A DNA stretch of 63,679 bases, the filler included, from Reticulomyxa filosa (lineage: Eukaryota; Protista; Foraminifera): the NCBI GenBank assembly GCA_000512085.1. It is 20 parts of 20 records of this genome, joined end to end, with 100 filler letters (N's around TTAATTAATTAA, not from the genome) between each part and the next. Parts side by side here need not be neighbours in the genome. Positions count along the whole stretch, not along the records: positions 24,012 to 26,296 come from ASPP01022470.1; positions 26,397 to 29,253 come from ASPP01010382.1; positions 29,354 to 34,372 come from ASPP01011011.1; positions 34,473 to 35,483 come from ASPP01044242.1; positions 35,584 to 39,125 come from ASPP01004035.1; 15 more parts are not named here. One strand, written 5' to 3'. This document shows, piece after piece, positions 24,012 through 37,586 of the stretch; the stretch's first letter is position 1, and every line of letters starts with the position of its first letter. A program made the position numbers and the translations under genes. A model generated the notes under the pieces. It saw only the letters and a program-made list of their open reading frames with translations. It ran no database searches and had not been told where the DNA came from.

Positions 24012-24895
24012 TAGTATGAGAACAACCATTCAAAGTACAAGTGTTAAACAATGTGCAAAAATTGTAGATATATTGAACTACAAATAAAAAAGGCGATACA
24101 AAAGTTGATAAACAAAATTTAGATAATTGTATAGTAATTCATTCGATAATGGACAAATACCAAACGTCAAAATGAAATTGGAATTAAGGCATATGACAAA
24201 ACATATCAAACACAAGCTATATCATATCAATAATATGTATCAAGAGGATGTAAAAGCAAGTTAACGAATTAGAAAATATATAGAAAATACGGAAAAACTG
24301 TTCTCAATTTGCTGCAAATGTTCTATTAGTAAAAAAGAAAAGGGACTCATTACGCACTTGAGCCGATTATCGGAAATTGAGCCAAGACATAATTCGCGAC
24401 GGATGGACACTTCCAAACATGAGTGATCTCTTGGAAAAGTTGGCCCAGCAAATCCAAGTTACACTAACAAAGTACTAATGTACCAAAACCAAAGACAAAG
24501 AAAAAATTGGAAAGACTGTTGTTATTGATACAATGGATAGCAAAATTTTTAATAATATTGCATTGCTAACAATTGAATTATTGGCAATATTGCAAAATCA
24601 CGACTGTGTAATCGTGACTATCGAGTTCATTTTTAAACAATTTGACTACAATCAATTAAATTAGCACAAGTCGGAAAAAGAACTTTACGCATTGACATAC
24701 GCAGTACAAAAATAGATGCACTATTTATTGTTTATGAATTTAATAGCATACACTGACCATAAAAGTCTATCTTCATTATTTTCACTATCAGTGACAAGTC
24801 AATATTATGCTCTCCAGATAGGCATTGCAACTAAGATAGTTTTCATTACAATCTCGTTATTTACATGATACCGATAATGTCATTGCTGACTGCGA
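24012..24895 (+). mobile_element. Decayed Ty3/gypsy LTR retrotransposon pol fragment (RNase H, probable RT remnant upstream)
   Basis: About 24620-24770 translates to IEFIFKQFDYNQLN*HKSEKELYALTYAVQK*MHYLLFMNLIAYTDHKSL, and about 24870-24893 to DNVIADC. These match the gypsy RNase H motifs EKELLA / TDHKSL / N.VAD, with in-frame stops. Confidence 0.75.
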
Positions 24896-26396
24896 TGGTG
24901 CTGATTGATAAGCAGCCAGCTGATAGTAGTGTCGATACTTTATCTTGCGTCCAAGAAAGAGATTTTGTTGACATCAATTGAACGTTGTCAAATACCTGAC
25001 TTCAATTAGCACTAGTGTGTGATATAACGCAGTTGCTTGTGCTTACCGATGCTGGTGTTGTGGCATTTTTTTCATGTCCACTTGTTGGCTTGCTCGACAA
25101 TTTGTTCGAATTCGGATTGCAAGATGCCTTGACGGCAGCGATGTGTGATTTGCTATTCAAACTTTACCTGCCCCTTGACTAAATCCTTTGTTGTGTTGAG
25201 TGCCATCGTTTGATAAAGTATTATCATGTGGAAGATGGATTGTAGTATGTACGCTTGGTATTTAGCTGTTCGTACCCATGACTGTGATATACTTGTCGAC
25301 CCGATGACATGAAAGAGTCTGTGACTGCTGATATCTCTCACTTGCGAGGGTCCAAATTGGCTCCATTGCAACATCTATCTGTCTGTGATGGTTATGCAAT
25401 GGAACGGTAGTTGGAGATTGTGTCAATAGTTCTGTCGCAGTGAAAATTTTTTGCTGTTGTGTTGCCAGCATTGATGGTGATTTGTCCGGGTTGCATTTAT
25501 CTGTTCAATTCTTGTGAATGTGACTGTTGTTGTTTCTGTTTATGTTGCTGTACTTTTATTTGCCATGACCCTCCCTCTCGGTCTGGCCGAAGCTCAGTGT
25601 CATTTGCAGCCAAGTGTTTTTCATTGCCACTGCAGCCATGCGCCATCATATTATGAATGACAATATTATCTTTCACTTTTGGTGGAATTCTATTATCAAC
25701 AACTTGGAAGATTATTTTTTCATTTATATCAAAATTTTCTATTTGATCTATTATTGGACCTGAAAACCTACTTGTTTTTGGCAATCTTTTTTGCCATCGT
25801 CATAAGGACAAAATGTTTCATGTAATACGGAATTATCATCCATCTCATTCTTCTGATTCTTTACACCGATGTTTCTTTGCGAATATTTACGACTTGACCT
25901 ACTGTGTTGCTCGCATACACTTGTTTTATACCTTCCGTTATAATCAGTCTAGTTGCTAGTGAGACACATGCTTGTTGTCTTGTTTCAAAGTTCTGAAACT
26001 GTTTTCAGACTAATTACCAAACAAATACAGGGGTTACTCGTATTGTTATTCGCAAATGTTCCAAATATTCTTTTCTTTTCGCTTTTGTTGACACCTGTCT
26101 CTTTATTATACGTATATTCACAAAGTTTAACTAGTTGACTCTTACGTTTAACTCTCACTAGTGATCCTGGTCATATGGCACTGCTATCTAATTTTCTCTT
26201 CTGCAATGAGGAACTATTTAATCTTTCAATTGTTTAAATTAATTTTTCCTTATCTGGTGTGCTTTTAGTTAGTTTTTTACTAGTTGATTTTTACCANNNN
26301 NNNNNNNNNNNNNNNNNNNNNNNNNNNNNNNNNNNNNNNNTTAATTAATTAANNNNNNNNNNNNNNNNNNNNNNNNNNNNNNNNNNNNNNNNNNNN

Positions 26397-27130
26397 CCAA
26401 AACCATAGGCGAAACGGCGGCGGCGGCGGCTGCGACTGCCGGTACTTCCACCGTCTTGGATGGCTCATCGCCTTCGGCCGACGATGACGAGGAGTCCATT
26501 TTTTTCCAATATATTAACAACGCATACGTATAGTCGTCTTTCAATGTGATGCCGCTCAGATCGGCCGCTTTGCTGTCCGAATGTAAGGACAAAAATCCCC
26601 CATTCAAGTCCCAACTATACTGGTCGCGGAAACATTGCGGAAGCAACGCTTGGCGCTGATGGGACACTGGCAATGACATCCACGTGTCGTCTCTTGTCAT
26701 TTCGTTGTGTAATTTCCATTGCGTCTTCCCGATCCGATCTTCCACCACTTGAGGGTCCATTGTATTCCTTTCCTCAAAGTACGTATGCGAGGCCGACAAA
26801 TGACTCGTCAATTGCACCCCATTATCCTTCCCCAGTTTCGCTATGCTTTCATTCTTTTTACACACACCAACAAAATCTCTCATCGAGTGTCGACAAAGAC
26901 AAAATATTGTGTATATATATATATATTTCTACACATTTGAAAATATACACAAATGCAGAGACATTACTCTTCGAGCGACAACATCTTTGTCTGGAAATTG
27001 CAATGTATTGCTCATCATCGAGGGTTTTTTTTTGCCCAGCAACATTCCACTTACAGTGCTTTTTCGAAGTTTCCCTTTTACTACTTAGTGTCAATGACGT
27101 ACAGTACTTACAATTTTTCAAAGACACGTC
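26397..27130 (-). CDS. Protein of unknown function, 3'-truncated
   Basis: A 180-aa GC-richer ORF is preceded by an intron with (TA)n. I recognise no domain. Confidence 0.5.
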
Positions 27131-28590
27131 CTCATAGAGGCAAAAAAAGAGAAATTGGATAATTAATTATTTTATAAACAAAAATCAAGAAAACAATATT
27201 GTGTAGCAGATGTCACAGCTGCGAAAAAGAAATTACGTACTCTCAATCAAGTTATTGCAGGGAAAGTGATCCTTTACAACACACAATCTTTGACGAATTG
27301 TCTTTATTATTCATAATCCAAATCAAATAAGAAAATTTCCATTTGTCACTGTTTTTGATAGCTGAAGTTATAAGGAGTAATGAGGACTAAGCGTAATACG
27401 AAAAAGTGCTCATTCGAACAAAAAAAATGAATAAAAAAAGAAAAATAACAAAAACAAACACAAAGAAAATGGTGTGAAGTAAAAGCGAATATACAAGTTT
27501 TGTGGAAAAGGAGCTTTCTAGTTTAGTTCAGTTCAATTTCGAAATTTTTAAAAATTATTTGAAAAAATCATATTTTTGATCAACCTAGAAAAAACTTATC
27601 GTAAAACTAATTTCATATTTAAAAACTACAAGATTAGTATATATTTTTAAAAAAAATTATGTTTAAATCTTTATTTCTCATGGAGAAAACCGATTCTTTT
27701 CATATAGTGTCATTTATGTATGTCAGTTTTTTTTTCAATCTACTGTAAAAATTGTCTTCTAAACGTTGAAATTCATTTATAAGCTGTTAAATATTTGTTT
27801 GAAAAGATTTTATAGTTACAATGCACATTTCGTCAAATTGCAGCCAAAATCAACAAATTCCAGATAGTCGTTATAATCAATGTCTATTCGTTGACTAACA
27901 TAATGTCTTTCACTTAAAGTTAGTTAATACACTATATTCTATAACTTTATTATGTGAACACTATTGATATCGCGAATTTATTTTTAAAATTTCTTCGTGT
28001 ATTGGTAATGATTACTTTAATTGATCTTGTACTGATGACATAATTGGTTCAGATCGCAGTAACATTAGGTGCCAAATGTAGAGAATGTTCCACTTATAGA
28101 AGTCTTGGACAATATATCAGTGATAGTGTTCAAACACTTGACGAATTTTCTAAGTGGAACATTCAAATATTTAAAAGAATGTATTGAATAATATTTTTTT
28201 TCATTTTAATTTAAAAAATTATATATTTTTTGTGTTTTGAGCCAAAGGAAACTATTCCATTCATTGTATTAAATATTGTCTTTCAATCAATTCCAACTGT
28301 TTCATTGTTTATTCCAGATTTCATAACTCAGAAAATCAATAATGTTGCCGAATAAGATATTATCTGTTCATTTTTTCAGAACTGCTAAGTTAACACAGGA
28401 TATTTTCAACTTAAACGTGATTTGTATTTTGTGAAGAAAAAAATCTTCAGTTTTGAGTGTTTTTTTTTCCATATTAAAACGTCGAGAAAAATGAGCGGGG
28501 GAAATTTGAAAAAAAATAATATTTCCATCCGCATTAATTTATCAAAACATTAGTGTCGACATATTTATCTGATTTCGGTAAACATTTTCA

Positions 28591-29203
28591 ATGGCGTCAA
28601 TAGAAACAAAATCTGCCGACTTGGTTGACAATGCTTCGCATAAAACAGTGGAGAAGGACGTGCTAAATAATTTTGGACATTCGTTATACTCGGTAGTGCG
28701 TCTATTGGAGTCAGAGCAAGACAGCGAAAGTGCGAGTAATACAATTGGACGAGAAAATGTGGATATGGTATCAAACTTAGTGAAGCTGATTCGAGAGATG
28801 ATTCTCAAAGCATTCCGTCGCCCCGACAATGAAGCGATTCAAGATGTGCTTTCCCAAATGCACGAAATATTAGTATCATCGAGTAATAATTCATCGACGC
28901 CAGACAATGAAAAGTCTGAGCCAACGGCAAGCCCAGCCTCGCTAGAGTTCAATCAGTCAGTGATAGGGGACTTATTGGTGCGATGTTTGGCACATTACCT
29001 GTGCATAGCCGTGCCCCCATTGTGGCTGGATCGAATGTGTCGCCTCATGTTGGACCGCATCGAATCGATCGTCCGACAAAGTTTGAACTTTAAGCATTAT
29101 TTCGCATGTCGCTTTTCCTCGGACGACAGACGAGCTCGACTCTTTGTTCTGCAGTGTGCATTGCACCGTAGATTCCCTTTACTTGCCAGCGAAGGATGTT
29201 CAA
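28591..29203 (+). CDS. PDXDC1-like (pyridoxal-dependent decarboxylase domain-containing) protein, N-terminal exon
   Basis: LAHYL...RMCRLMLDRIESIVRQSLNFKHYFACRFSSDDRRARLFVLQCALHRRFPLLASEG resembles the N-terminal region of animal PDXDC1 (recalled similarity). The exon ends at AG|GTATG. Confidence 0.55.
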
Positions 29204-29213
29204 GGTATGCTTT

Positions 29214-29253
<40 letters not shown>

Positions 29254-29398
29254 NNNNNNNNNNNNNNNNNNNNNNNNNNNNNNNNNNNNNNNNNNNNTTA
29301 ATTAATTAANNNNNNNNNNNNNNNNNNNNNNNNNNNNNNNNNNNNNNNNNNNNTTTTTTTTTTTTTTTTTTTGAATGGGAGAAAAATAGTGTTTTCAG

Positions 29399-29720
29399 AG
29401 ATTATATTCCGGTCGTAGACACAAACAAAGGTCCTCAACCACATCCGATTGGGAAACTGTGTGCAGGTGCGATGGCTGGTGCTACGGCCGGGATTGTGAT
29501 ATACCCGACCGACACTGTGCGACGAATGCTACAAGTGCAAGGAGCAAATGACACACCCAAGTTCACAGGTGTTACTGATTGTATTGCAACAACCTTTCGT
29601 GAAGGGGGTATAGCACGCTTTTATTACGGTTTGTCTGCTAAATTGGTAAGAGTCGTTCCAGATGCTGCGATTTTGTTTCTTGCCTATGAAAGCTTAAAGA
29701 ATTTTTTCCAACATGATTAA
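29399..29720 (+). CDS. Mitochondrial carrier (SLC25) family, last exon
   Basis: AGAMAGATAGIVIYPTDTVRRMLQVQG carries the Px[DE]xx[RK] signature, followed by EGGIARFYYGLSAKLVRVVP. Confidence 0.9.
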
Positions 29721-30302
29721 CATGGCACACTTTTACAATCTCTCATTTTTTTTTTTTTTTTTTTTTGTCCATCTTTTTCACTGACTTTTACAAGAAAGGG
29801 TGTGGGTGTTCTTTCTTAATTTTTTTGTTTGCTTGTTTGTTTTGTAAATTTTCTTTTTACGTTTGTGTGACTTTTTCTTTTGTTTTACTTTTTGGTTTCA
29901 TCAACACACAAAATTTACGTGAAATGCCACTCTTATGAACATCTCGTTTAATGTAAATAAAAAATATAGTAATTCTTATATGTGTAAAGAAAATTGACAT
30001 TCAATCCCACAACAAAACTGATCAATGGCCTCTTAAAAGTTTGCACCAAAAAATGATTGTAGTGATGGCCAAACAAAAGTTAGCATGCACGAGCATATTA
30101 TAGAATTGTATGATTGAGACTAAGAGACGGATAGGCAAACTTAATGTATTCAAATTTTTTCATTTGAAAAGCATAATTGATCCCCCTCCCCCTCCTTGCA
30201 TTATCACACTTATTGAAACTTAAAAAAGTGAACGAAAATTCAAAACTACTAAAATTTGTTTTTTTGATTTGTTATGGTTGCGCCGACGAACAAAAAAACC
30301 AA

Positions 30303-31691
30303 TTAGTATCTAAAAAAATAAAATTTGAAAGTTGCACTCAATGCCAATTGGCACAAGATAAGCCATCCCAAAACATAATATCCCGGCTTTTTTTTCTTTT
30401 CGTCTGGTAAAGGACTGTAAATATTTCTTGCTAAAAATAATAAACTCAAAACACACGACGTTGAAATTCCGAGCCATTTTGCGAGTTCAAAAGGTAACAC
30501 GCATAGAACCTATTCCCACATAACAAGATTAAAACAAGATGTGCTGCAATGTCAAATGTGTTTTCCATTGTCCGAGGGGACACAATGAAAGAGAGACAAA
30601 TGGAACAACAAAAGACATCAACACGAAACACAAGCAGGTAGAAACGAAATGAGCGAATAGCCATAGAGCGAAATCAGTAAAATCAGTGAAGGATTTTCAT
30701 TCCAGGAGCGCAAAACAAAGAAAATTACGCCAGGAATGATCACTAACCCGCCAAATAAAAACGAAAATGCCTCGCTTATCTATTTAGTATTGAGTGTTTC
30801 ACGGGTTTTCCCTCTCCTTTTCACATATTAAAACTCGGAGGCAATAAAATTAAAAAAAAAAAAAAAAAAGATGCAAAACTTTTCGAATGTCGGAATTCCA
30901 TTGTGTTGGATCTGTTTGGTGTTCATAAAGAAAGCGTGATAAATTACTCATGGCCGCCATCAAAAATGAGAGTGTGGCAACAATCCAAAACGGACCATAC
31001 CTATATTATAACGGCAATAATAAAATGTATGTACACATACATAGTAATTCCATGCATTTGAAATGGCCAATTCAAAACGCCAAACAAGACAAAAAAAAAA
31101 AAAAAAAAAAAACAAAAAAAAACTAAACAAGTCAGGGTTTTCATTTACGTCGAGAAAACGTTCATTTTTGCAAGGTAACAAAGCTTTACGTAGCCGCACG
31201 AGCTCACGGGTGGTATCGATATCAAAGTAGGGTTGATAGTAAGCTAATTCCCAACATCGTGCATCTGGTCTATTGTTTGTTGTATTGCTGCTTGACAATG
31301 CTATGTTATTGCCTTGTTGATTGTCGATATATGAAGTGGGAGATATACGACCACTTGTATTTTGGAGGCTGTCTACAAATGTTTATATCACAAAACAACA
31401 GATGCACAACAAAGTTTGATCATGTAGCCTTTTGAACACTGTTAGTTATGCTCTTTTCATAGCTTTTCACTTTTTTTGGATGTCTTTGTCATGCCAATTG
31501 CACAAACAAAAACATAGCAGAGTGTCTCAAAGTATTACATCAATACAAAACCGACCATTGTGAAGCATGGACACTTGCTCTTCGTTTTTTAGATTTTGAA
31601 AGGGATTATCCTCATATGTCGACTGTTGCTCTGCAACAAGATCGTCATGGGAATGTTCCAAGTCTATTGTGGTATTATTTACGTCGGACAT
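30303..31691 (-). CDS. YIPF1: Yip1-domain Golgi protein (YIPF1/2-like), multi-exon
   Basis: YYQPYFDIDT...RLRKALLP...NPDL|YGPFWIVATL; LISLYGYSL; C-terminus LSATFKFYFFRY*. The start at 31691 is inferred. Confidence 0.85.
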
Positions 31692-33599
31692 TTGATAATT
31701 GGTGGAAATTGAATATGGCTAAATTTATTTTTTCAAAAAAAAAAAAACTCGATTTGGGGCTTTGCACAATTTATCGTTTTCGGCAAAGCACAGGATTTTG
31801 TTTTGGTTGATGTAGTGAACAAGTAAATTTGTTTGGTTGTAAAAATCTATTTATTTGATTGATTCAAATATAAAAATAATAAGCACATTAATTTTTACAT
31901 CAAGATGACATCATAACATCAGTTTGCACGGCTCAAAGGATATTTTCTTTAAATTGTGAAAAATGCTTTACAAACAACAAATTGAACAATTTGTGAGTAA
32001 CAGTTTTGGGACTGTTACATCCCTCTTCCTGGTACATACAAATAAGGGGAAATTGACTTGCATAAGAATTGAATTAAAAAAAAATTAAATAGGTTTTGGC
32101 ACTTTTGAGCAGTATTGGCCGTGCTGATTTCAATGTGGCCATTGGAATAGCAGGGCTTTTTTTCCATGAAACAATTTTGACACAAAACAAATTTCTGGTA
32201 GGTTTTTGATTGTCCTCGGCTTAAATTCTAATGATCTGATTTTGGGATACTCCACTTTAGATTTTTGGTACGCTGGGAATATCGTTCATATTGGATATAG
32301 TCTGGCTAGTAACAAAAGAGCAGACTCTCTCAAATTTTGAACATTACTCCAAATTCCAGAAATTGGTTGTCTTTTCATATGCAATCACTGTACTTAATTT
32401 ACTTGTCAAAGTTAAACCTCTGTATAATAGAGCCAAACATTTACTCGAATGATTAAATTGTTTTTCATAGCTGGTCTTGTTAACGTTCCTTGTTGTTATT
32501 CAAAGGGCCAGAGAGCGATTAGTTTTAGCACCAGCCCCTCCGATAAGTAATCTAAAAAGTCAACGACCAATCTGACGCAATTTCCATATCAACTTCAGAG
32601 CAAACTGTGAAGAAATAGGGCGTTTGTTTTTCTAACATCTAGGATTTTTTAGTACCGTTTAAACTTTTGAGCCAACAATGAGATTTATTGTTAATACTTT
32701 TTCTTAATTGTTAGAAAAGATTAGATTTCTCAATTTTGTAAATTATAAACATTAGTATCTACTACATTTAACATAAAAATAAGAACTGGTACTATTTAAT
32801 TGTTTTTTTCAATACATGAAAAAAATGATATAAATACTTTGAAAGCAGAAATTATAAAGTTCAGAAGCATCTTTAAAAAAACTCAATGTGAAACCGAGTT
32901 GAATTGCTTGAGTATTAACACCACCATAAGCAATATATTCGAATAACTGCTCAATCACACAATGTAGGCTTCCTTTTTTTAACAAAAATTATTGCGAAAT
33001 ATTGCAATATCATAAAAATTATTATGATTTGATATTTATTCAAGTTTTTTCTTTTTAAGGAAAAAAAAGTTGAAAAAGACTGATAATAAAAAAAACTTTT
33101 TTGAGACAAAAAGTATTGATACCATTTGTAATCGTGCAACAATTAGATAAAATTAATATTGATTAAAATTTCAAAAATATATGAAATAATTGATCAGTTT
33201 TGGCATAAAATTTGTGGTATCGATTTCGTGAATGCATGAATGACCCGGAAAAAAACACATATCCAACAAAAAGCGCAAACAACAAACAAAACACAAAATA
33301 AAAAAATAAAAAATAAACAAATAACCTTGTGCGTAAAACTAACGCAGAAAGATAACCATTACAAACATGAACAACATGACCTTTCTACAATCCAACATCA
33401 ATCACAAAACCCAATTACAAATTTCGGCAGTTTTGTTTTTTTTAAAAAAATAATAGTAGTGTGTAACCATTGTAGTACCATGCATGTTTTCCTTCTTTCT
33501 TTTTCTCCGCTATATTTTATTGTTTAATGGAGAAAAGGGATGACAGGAGAACCAGGAACTCTTTTTAAAATATCAGACAAATGAAATAAATAAAATTCC

Positions 33600-34260
33600 A
33601 AATGCCCAGGATTTTCTTTATATTTTTACTTTCTTTGAAAAAGTAAAAATAAAGACACAAAAGGGGAAAAAAAGAAGAGAGAGAAAAAAAAAAAACAACC
33701 AACAAACAATTATAGCTATTTGTACACGAGGTGTTTTGATAATCGCATTGCAGTAATTCTCATGTAACAGCTTTCGGCTGTGTATTCTGATAGGCAACTT
33801 CAATGCTACTATTTCGACGTCGATGTGCCTTGGTCGCACCTTTCTTTGCTTTGTAATGTTTATATTTCAAAGAGAATGAGTTGTAAGAGATGCAGTATGT
33901 GTATGTATGCGTATGTGTATACGTATGCTATAAAGACAAAACGCAAGTTGTTTCTTATTCTCTCTCTCTCTCTCTCTCTTATTAAAACATGTCTGTGAGA
34001 TGCATACAAGGTTTGTCAAGTTCTCCAAATACTCGTTCATGGAAAATTGCAGTCTCCCTTAGATTTCTTTCGCTTGCGCTTTTTTTGCGTCGCTGCATGG
34101 GGTTGGAAATGGGCGACGGGTCATTGTCCGTCGACGTGAGAGCAGTTCCAGTCCACCGAGTACGATGACGCACGTCATGGCGACGGTGTGCAGAGTTTTT
34201 GTGTTTTGTAAAATCTTGACTCAATTGATTTGTTGTTTTGTTGGTATAAATATCTTCATA
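33600..34260 (-). CDS. C-terminal exons of an unknown protein
   Basis: Two GC-richer minus-strand exons (about 34005-34260 and 33715-33840) are separated by a microsatellite intron. Confidence 0.4.
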
Positions 34261-34335
34261 CTTTTTCCGGCCAATTTCGCGTGGACCCAATCTTTATTAT
34301 TTATTTATTTGAAAAAAAAAAAGTTTGTGTCTATC

Positions 34336-34372
<37 letters not shown>

Positions 34373-34659
34373 NNNNNNNNNNNNNNNNNNNNNNNNNNNN
34401 NNNNNNNNNNNNNNNNTTAATTAATTAANNNNNNNNNNNNNNNNNNNNNNNNNNNNNNNNNNNNNNNNNNNNCTTTATTGAAAAATCTAAAGGTGACTAC
34501 ACAGTATGATAGCACCAAAATTTTTTTTGAAAATATTTTTTTAGTGTATTTTCGGTCAAAAGTGATTAGAAAAATGAAAAAGTATAAGAATGATATTGTT
34601 TCTAATTAGACAATTGAAAAAGAGATACAATGAAGTTCACAAAAATATACATTTCAGTT

Positions 34660-35320
34660 TCATCTTTTCAAAAATAACACAACATTGAAACATTTTTGAC
34701 TGCTAGTGTACATAGACTAACAAAATTTCACTATAAAATTCATACTTGTTATTTGTACTGATTATATACTAATGACTAAACTAATTGATATGCATTTGTT
34801 CCTACATCCAGTTGACCAAATAAATTAAAAATCCATCGTCATTATGTTCATATAATACTCCATTTCCTCGCATTGCAAGTTCGTAAGATTTTGAAGTATT
34901 TTCACCACGGCAAGCATCAATAATAAAAATTATTGGGAAGATCTTTAAATGATTCCATTTTATAGCAATTAAATGACACACGCATTTCGTCAAATTAATA
35001 CATATTTTCCATCACTTGTCACCAACATATTCCCATTTTCTTAATGTCCACAAATAATGATAATTTAATTCCATCATATTTACTAGTTTTTTTGTAAAGT
35101 TTGAATTTAATTTTTACTTGCTCAATGAACTTATCAACGTAATCTTTTGTCATTTTTGGAGATGGATTGCACACCATTTCATAATTCAATTCTTGTTCAA
35201 ATAATTGTTTGAAATTCTTAATATCCTTTTCTTTCACATTTTTAAGATTTTTCCATATGTATTATTATCATCATATCCACTGATAGCAATTAGTATTACC
35301 AATGCATTTTTTGATTGTTT
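34660..35320 (-). pseudogene. Caspase-like (peptidase C14) pseudogene
   Basis: NALVILIAISGY...KDIKNFKQLF...YDGI; IIICGH* with a stop at 35041-35043 directly after the catalytic His; IFIIDACRG at about 34905-34930. Frameshifts lie between the motifs. Confidence 0.8.
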
Positions 35321-35642
35321 TTTATTTCTCGCAAGTATTAACGATTGTTGAAACGAAGTCCAAACAATTCTAAATGTGGATTCATTACTTTCAAATTTTT
35401 TCATAACAGCTTCATTCGATTCAATATATACATATATACATATATATTATTCCTCATATCAAACAATTGCAACTTTAAGTTTTNNNNNNNNNNNNNNNNN
35501 NNNNNNNNNNNNNNNNNNNNNNNNNNNTTAATTAATTAANNNNNNNNNNNNNNNNNNNNNNNNNNNNNNNNNNNNNNNNNNNNAAAGGAAGGATACGTAC
35601 TAAAAAAAAAAAAAAATTATCTTTGAAAATAATGAAATACAG

Positions 35643-37586
35643 GACCAAAAGGCCTTGTCACGAATGATCGATTTCATCACGAATTTGAACGACTGACAGT
35701 TAAACTTAATTAAAAAAAAAAAAAAACAATAAATAAAGATGATGTTGAAACTTGATAAAAAGTAACACATTTGAATTTGTATACGTGTGTATGTGTGTAC
35801 GTACGGGAGTCGATTGCAATGTGCAAAAAAAAAAAAAAAAAAAGGTATTAGGTAAAGGGTCTTTTGGAACAGTACATGGATGCCGCTCTCGCGTGGATGG
35901 ATGTCTGTACGCGGTGAAACACATACCAATGTTTCGGCACTCGAGTATGTCGAGACAAAGCTTGCTGCGCGAAGGGTATGTGATGAGCGCGTTGTCGCGG
36001 ATGGGTGGGAATGGACACCATTTGGCGCAGTACTATTTCATGTGGGAGCCCCCGGCGAGGGACTCGCTGTACATTGTGATGGAGTGGTGCAGCAATGGAT
36101 CGCTGGCATCGCGTCTGGGCACTCCTCAAAGCGCACACACGTTGGGGCTTGTCGCGTTGCACATTGGACGCGCGCTGCATTTCCTGCACTCGAGAGCATT
36201 TGTGCACTTGGACGTCAAGCCCGAAAACATTTTGATTACTCGAGACAACCAATTCAAACTTGCCGATTTCGGGCTGTGCGTCCACGTGGACAAGTCTTTT
36301 CTGGTCTCGACTGCGGAGCCCAAACGCATATCTTCGCCGGTTGTGCCTCGTACAGGTCCCGTTCCAATGGAGCAAGAAGAGGATGAGAATCTCAATGAGG
36401 GGTATGAGGAATACGTTGAAGAAGAAGAAGAAGAAGAAGAAGAGGAAGGAGAAATAGGAGAGGAATGTGATAATAATGATGGAAATAATAATGGCTACAA
36501 CGGTGGACTGACCAGACAAAGAACAAGTTATAACAAACTTCAACATTTGCATTAGGAATCAAAAGGGAGAAACGAAATTATATGGACGATGTGCCATAGG
36601 GGAGGGGAAAAAAAAGTGTTGCTATTTTTTTTTTTTTTTGGATGAATGTATTTCAGTGATTTGCGATGATGATAAGGAAAATGATGTAAGCGATTTCAAA
36701 GAAAAAGAAATTCAATTCAATTCGAAAACTGGGTTTGATATGGAAACATCGCCACATCTGTCCAACCCCGACAAAAATTTTGCTTCCGAGAGGAACAGGA
36801 AAACGTCGACTACTCCGATGAATGCGCATTTGCATTGTGTGATGAATGCCAACGCGTGGATAGAGACGGACGACAACAAGGAATATGGCATCGACAAAGA
36901 CATTGACAACTTGCAAACTCTCAAAACGTTTTCGATTCAAGAAGGCGATCGTCGTTATCTGTGTCGCGAATTGCTGGAAGGAACCACGCATATTTCGCAA
37001 TTGCATAAAGTGGATATTTTTGCCTTGGGAGCATCGATCTATGAAATGTTAACAATGAAGAGATTACCTCATAGTGGCACCGCTTGGTATCGCATTCGAA
37101 GTGGATTTTTGGAATTTGAAAACGTCAACTCACAACTGCAGCACCTCGTGCAGGTTGAGATTTATCTAATTTTTTTTTTTTTTTTTTTGCAAAAAAACAA
37201 AACAAAACAAAAAAATGTTTGTATACGTATAGACGATGCTACATGAGAATCCTGAATGCCGACCTTATGCCAGTGATATAGTGAATTTTGTCCGACATTT
37301 GGAAGATAACATGATAGAAGCAAGTTACCGACAGATCCAATCCTTGCAAAAGCAATTGAATGTAACCCATCGACAACTTCAACAATACCAGGGCGATATG
37401 CACGCCATACCCAGTGAGGACAATGCATTGACTACTCCGGCCAATTCCATGGTGCAGACGCAAATGCCGACCATCTTTGCCTCCTCTGTGTCAACGACGT
37501 TCCAAGGCTCCAACAAGACCAAAACCAATTGTTGCGAGCCTTTTGACGCAGATATGAACACACCAATTCGCAATCTCTTCATGTAA
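35643..37586 (+). CDS. WEE1: Wee1-family protein kinase, 5'-truncated, multi-exon
   Basis: LGKGSFGTV..CRSRVDGCLYAVK, VHLDVKPENI, DFG, EGDRRYLCRELL, KVDIFALG, LPHSGTAWYRIRSG. The DGCLYAVK and EGDxRY motifs are Wee1 hallmarks. Confidence 0.9.

Noticed and set aside
28021-28060. TTGTACTGATGA, identical to the stem I/CUGAUGA part of the hammerhead; also a possible C/D box
   Set aside because: There is no GAAAC, stem II or cleavage triplet nearby, and the box spacing is too short for a snoRNA.
32000-32700. Possible decayed NTPase (LLIGGAGAKT on the minus strand)
   Set aside because: The Walker A motif is incomplete, stops are frequent and there is no supporting motif.
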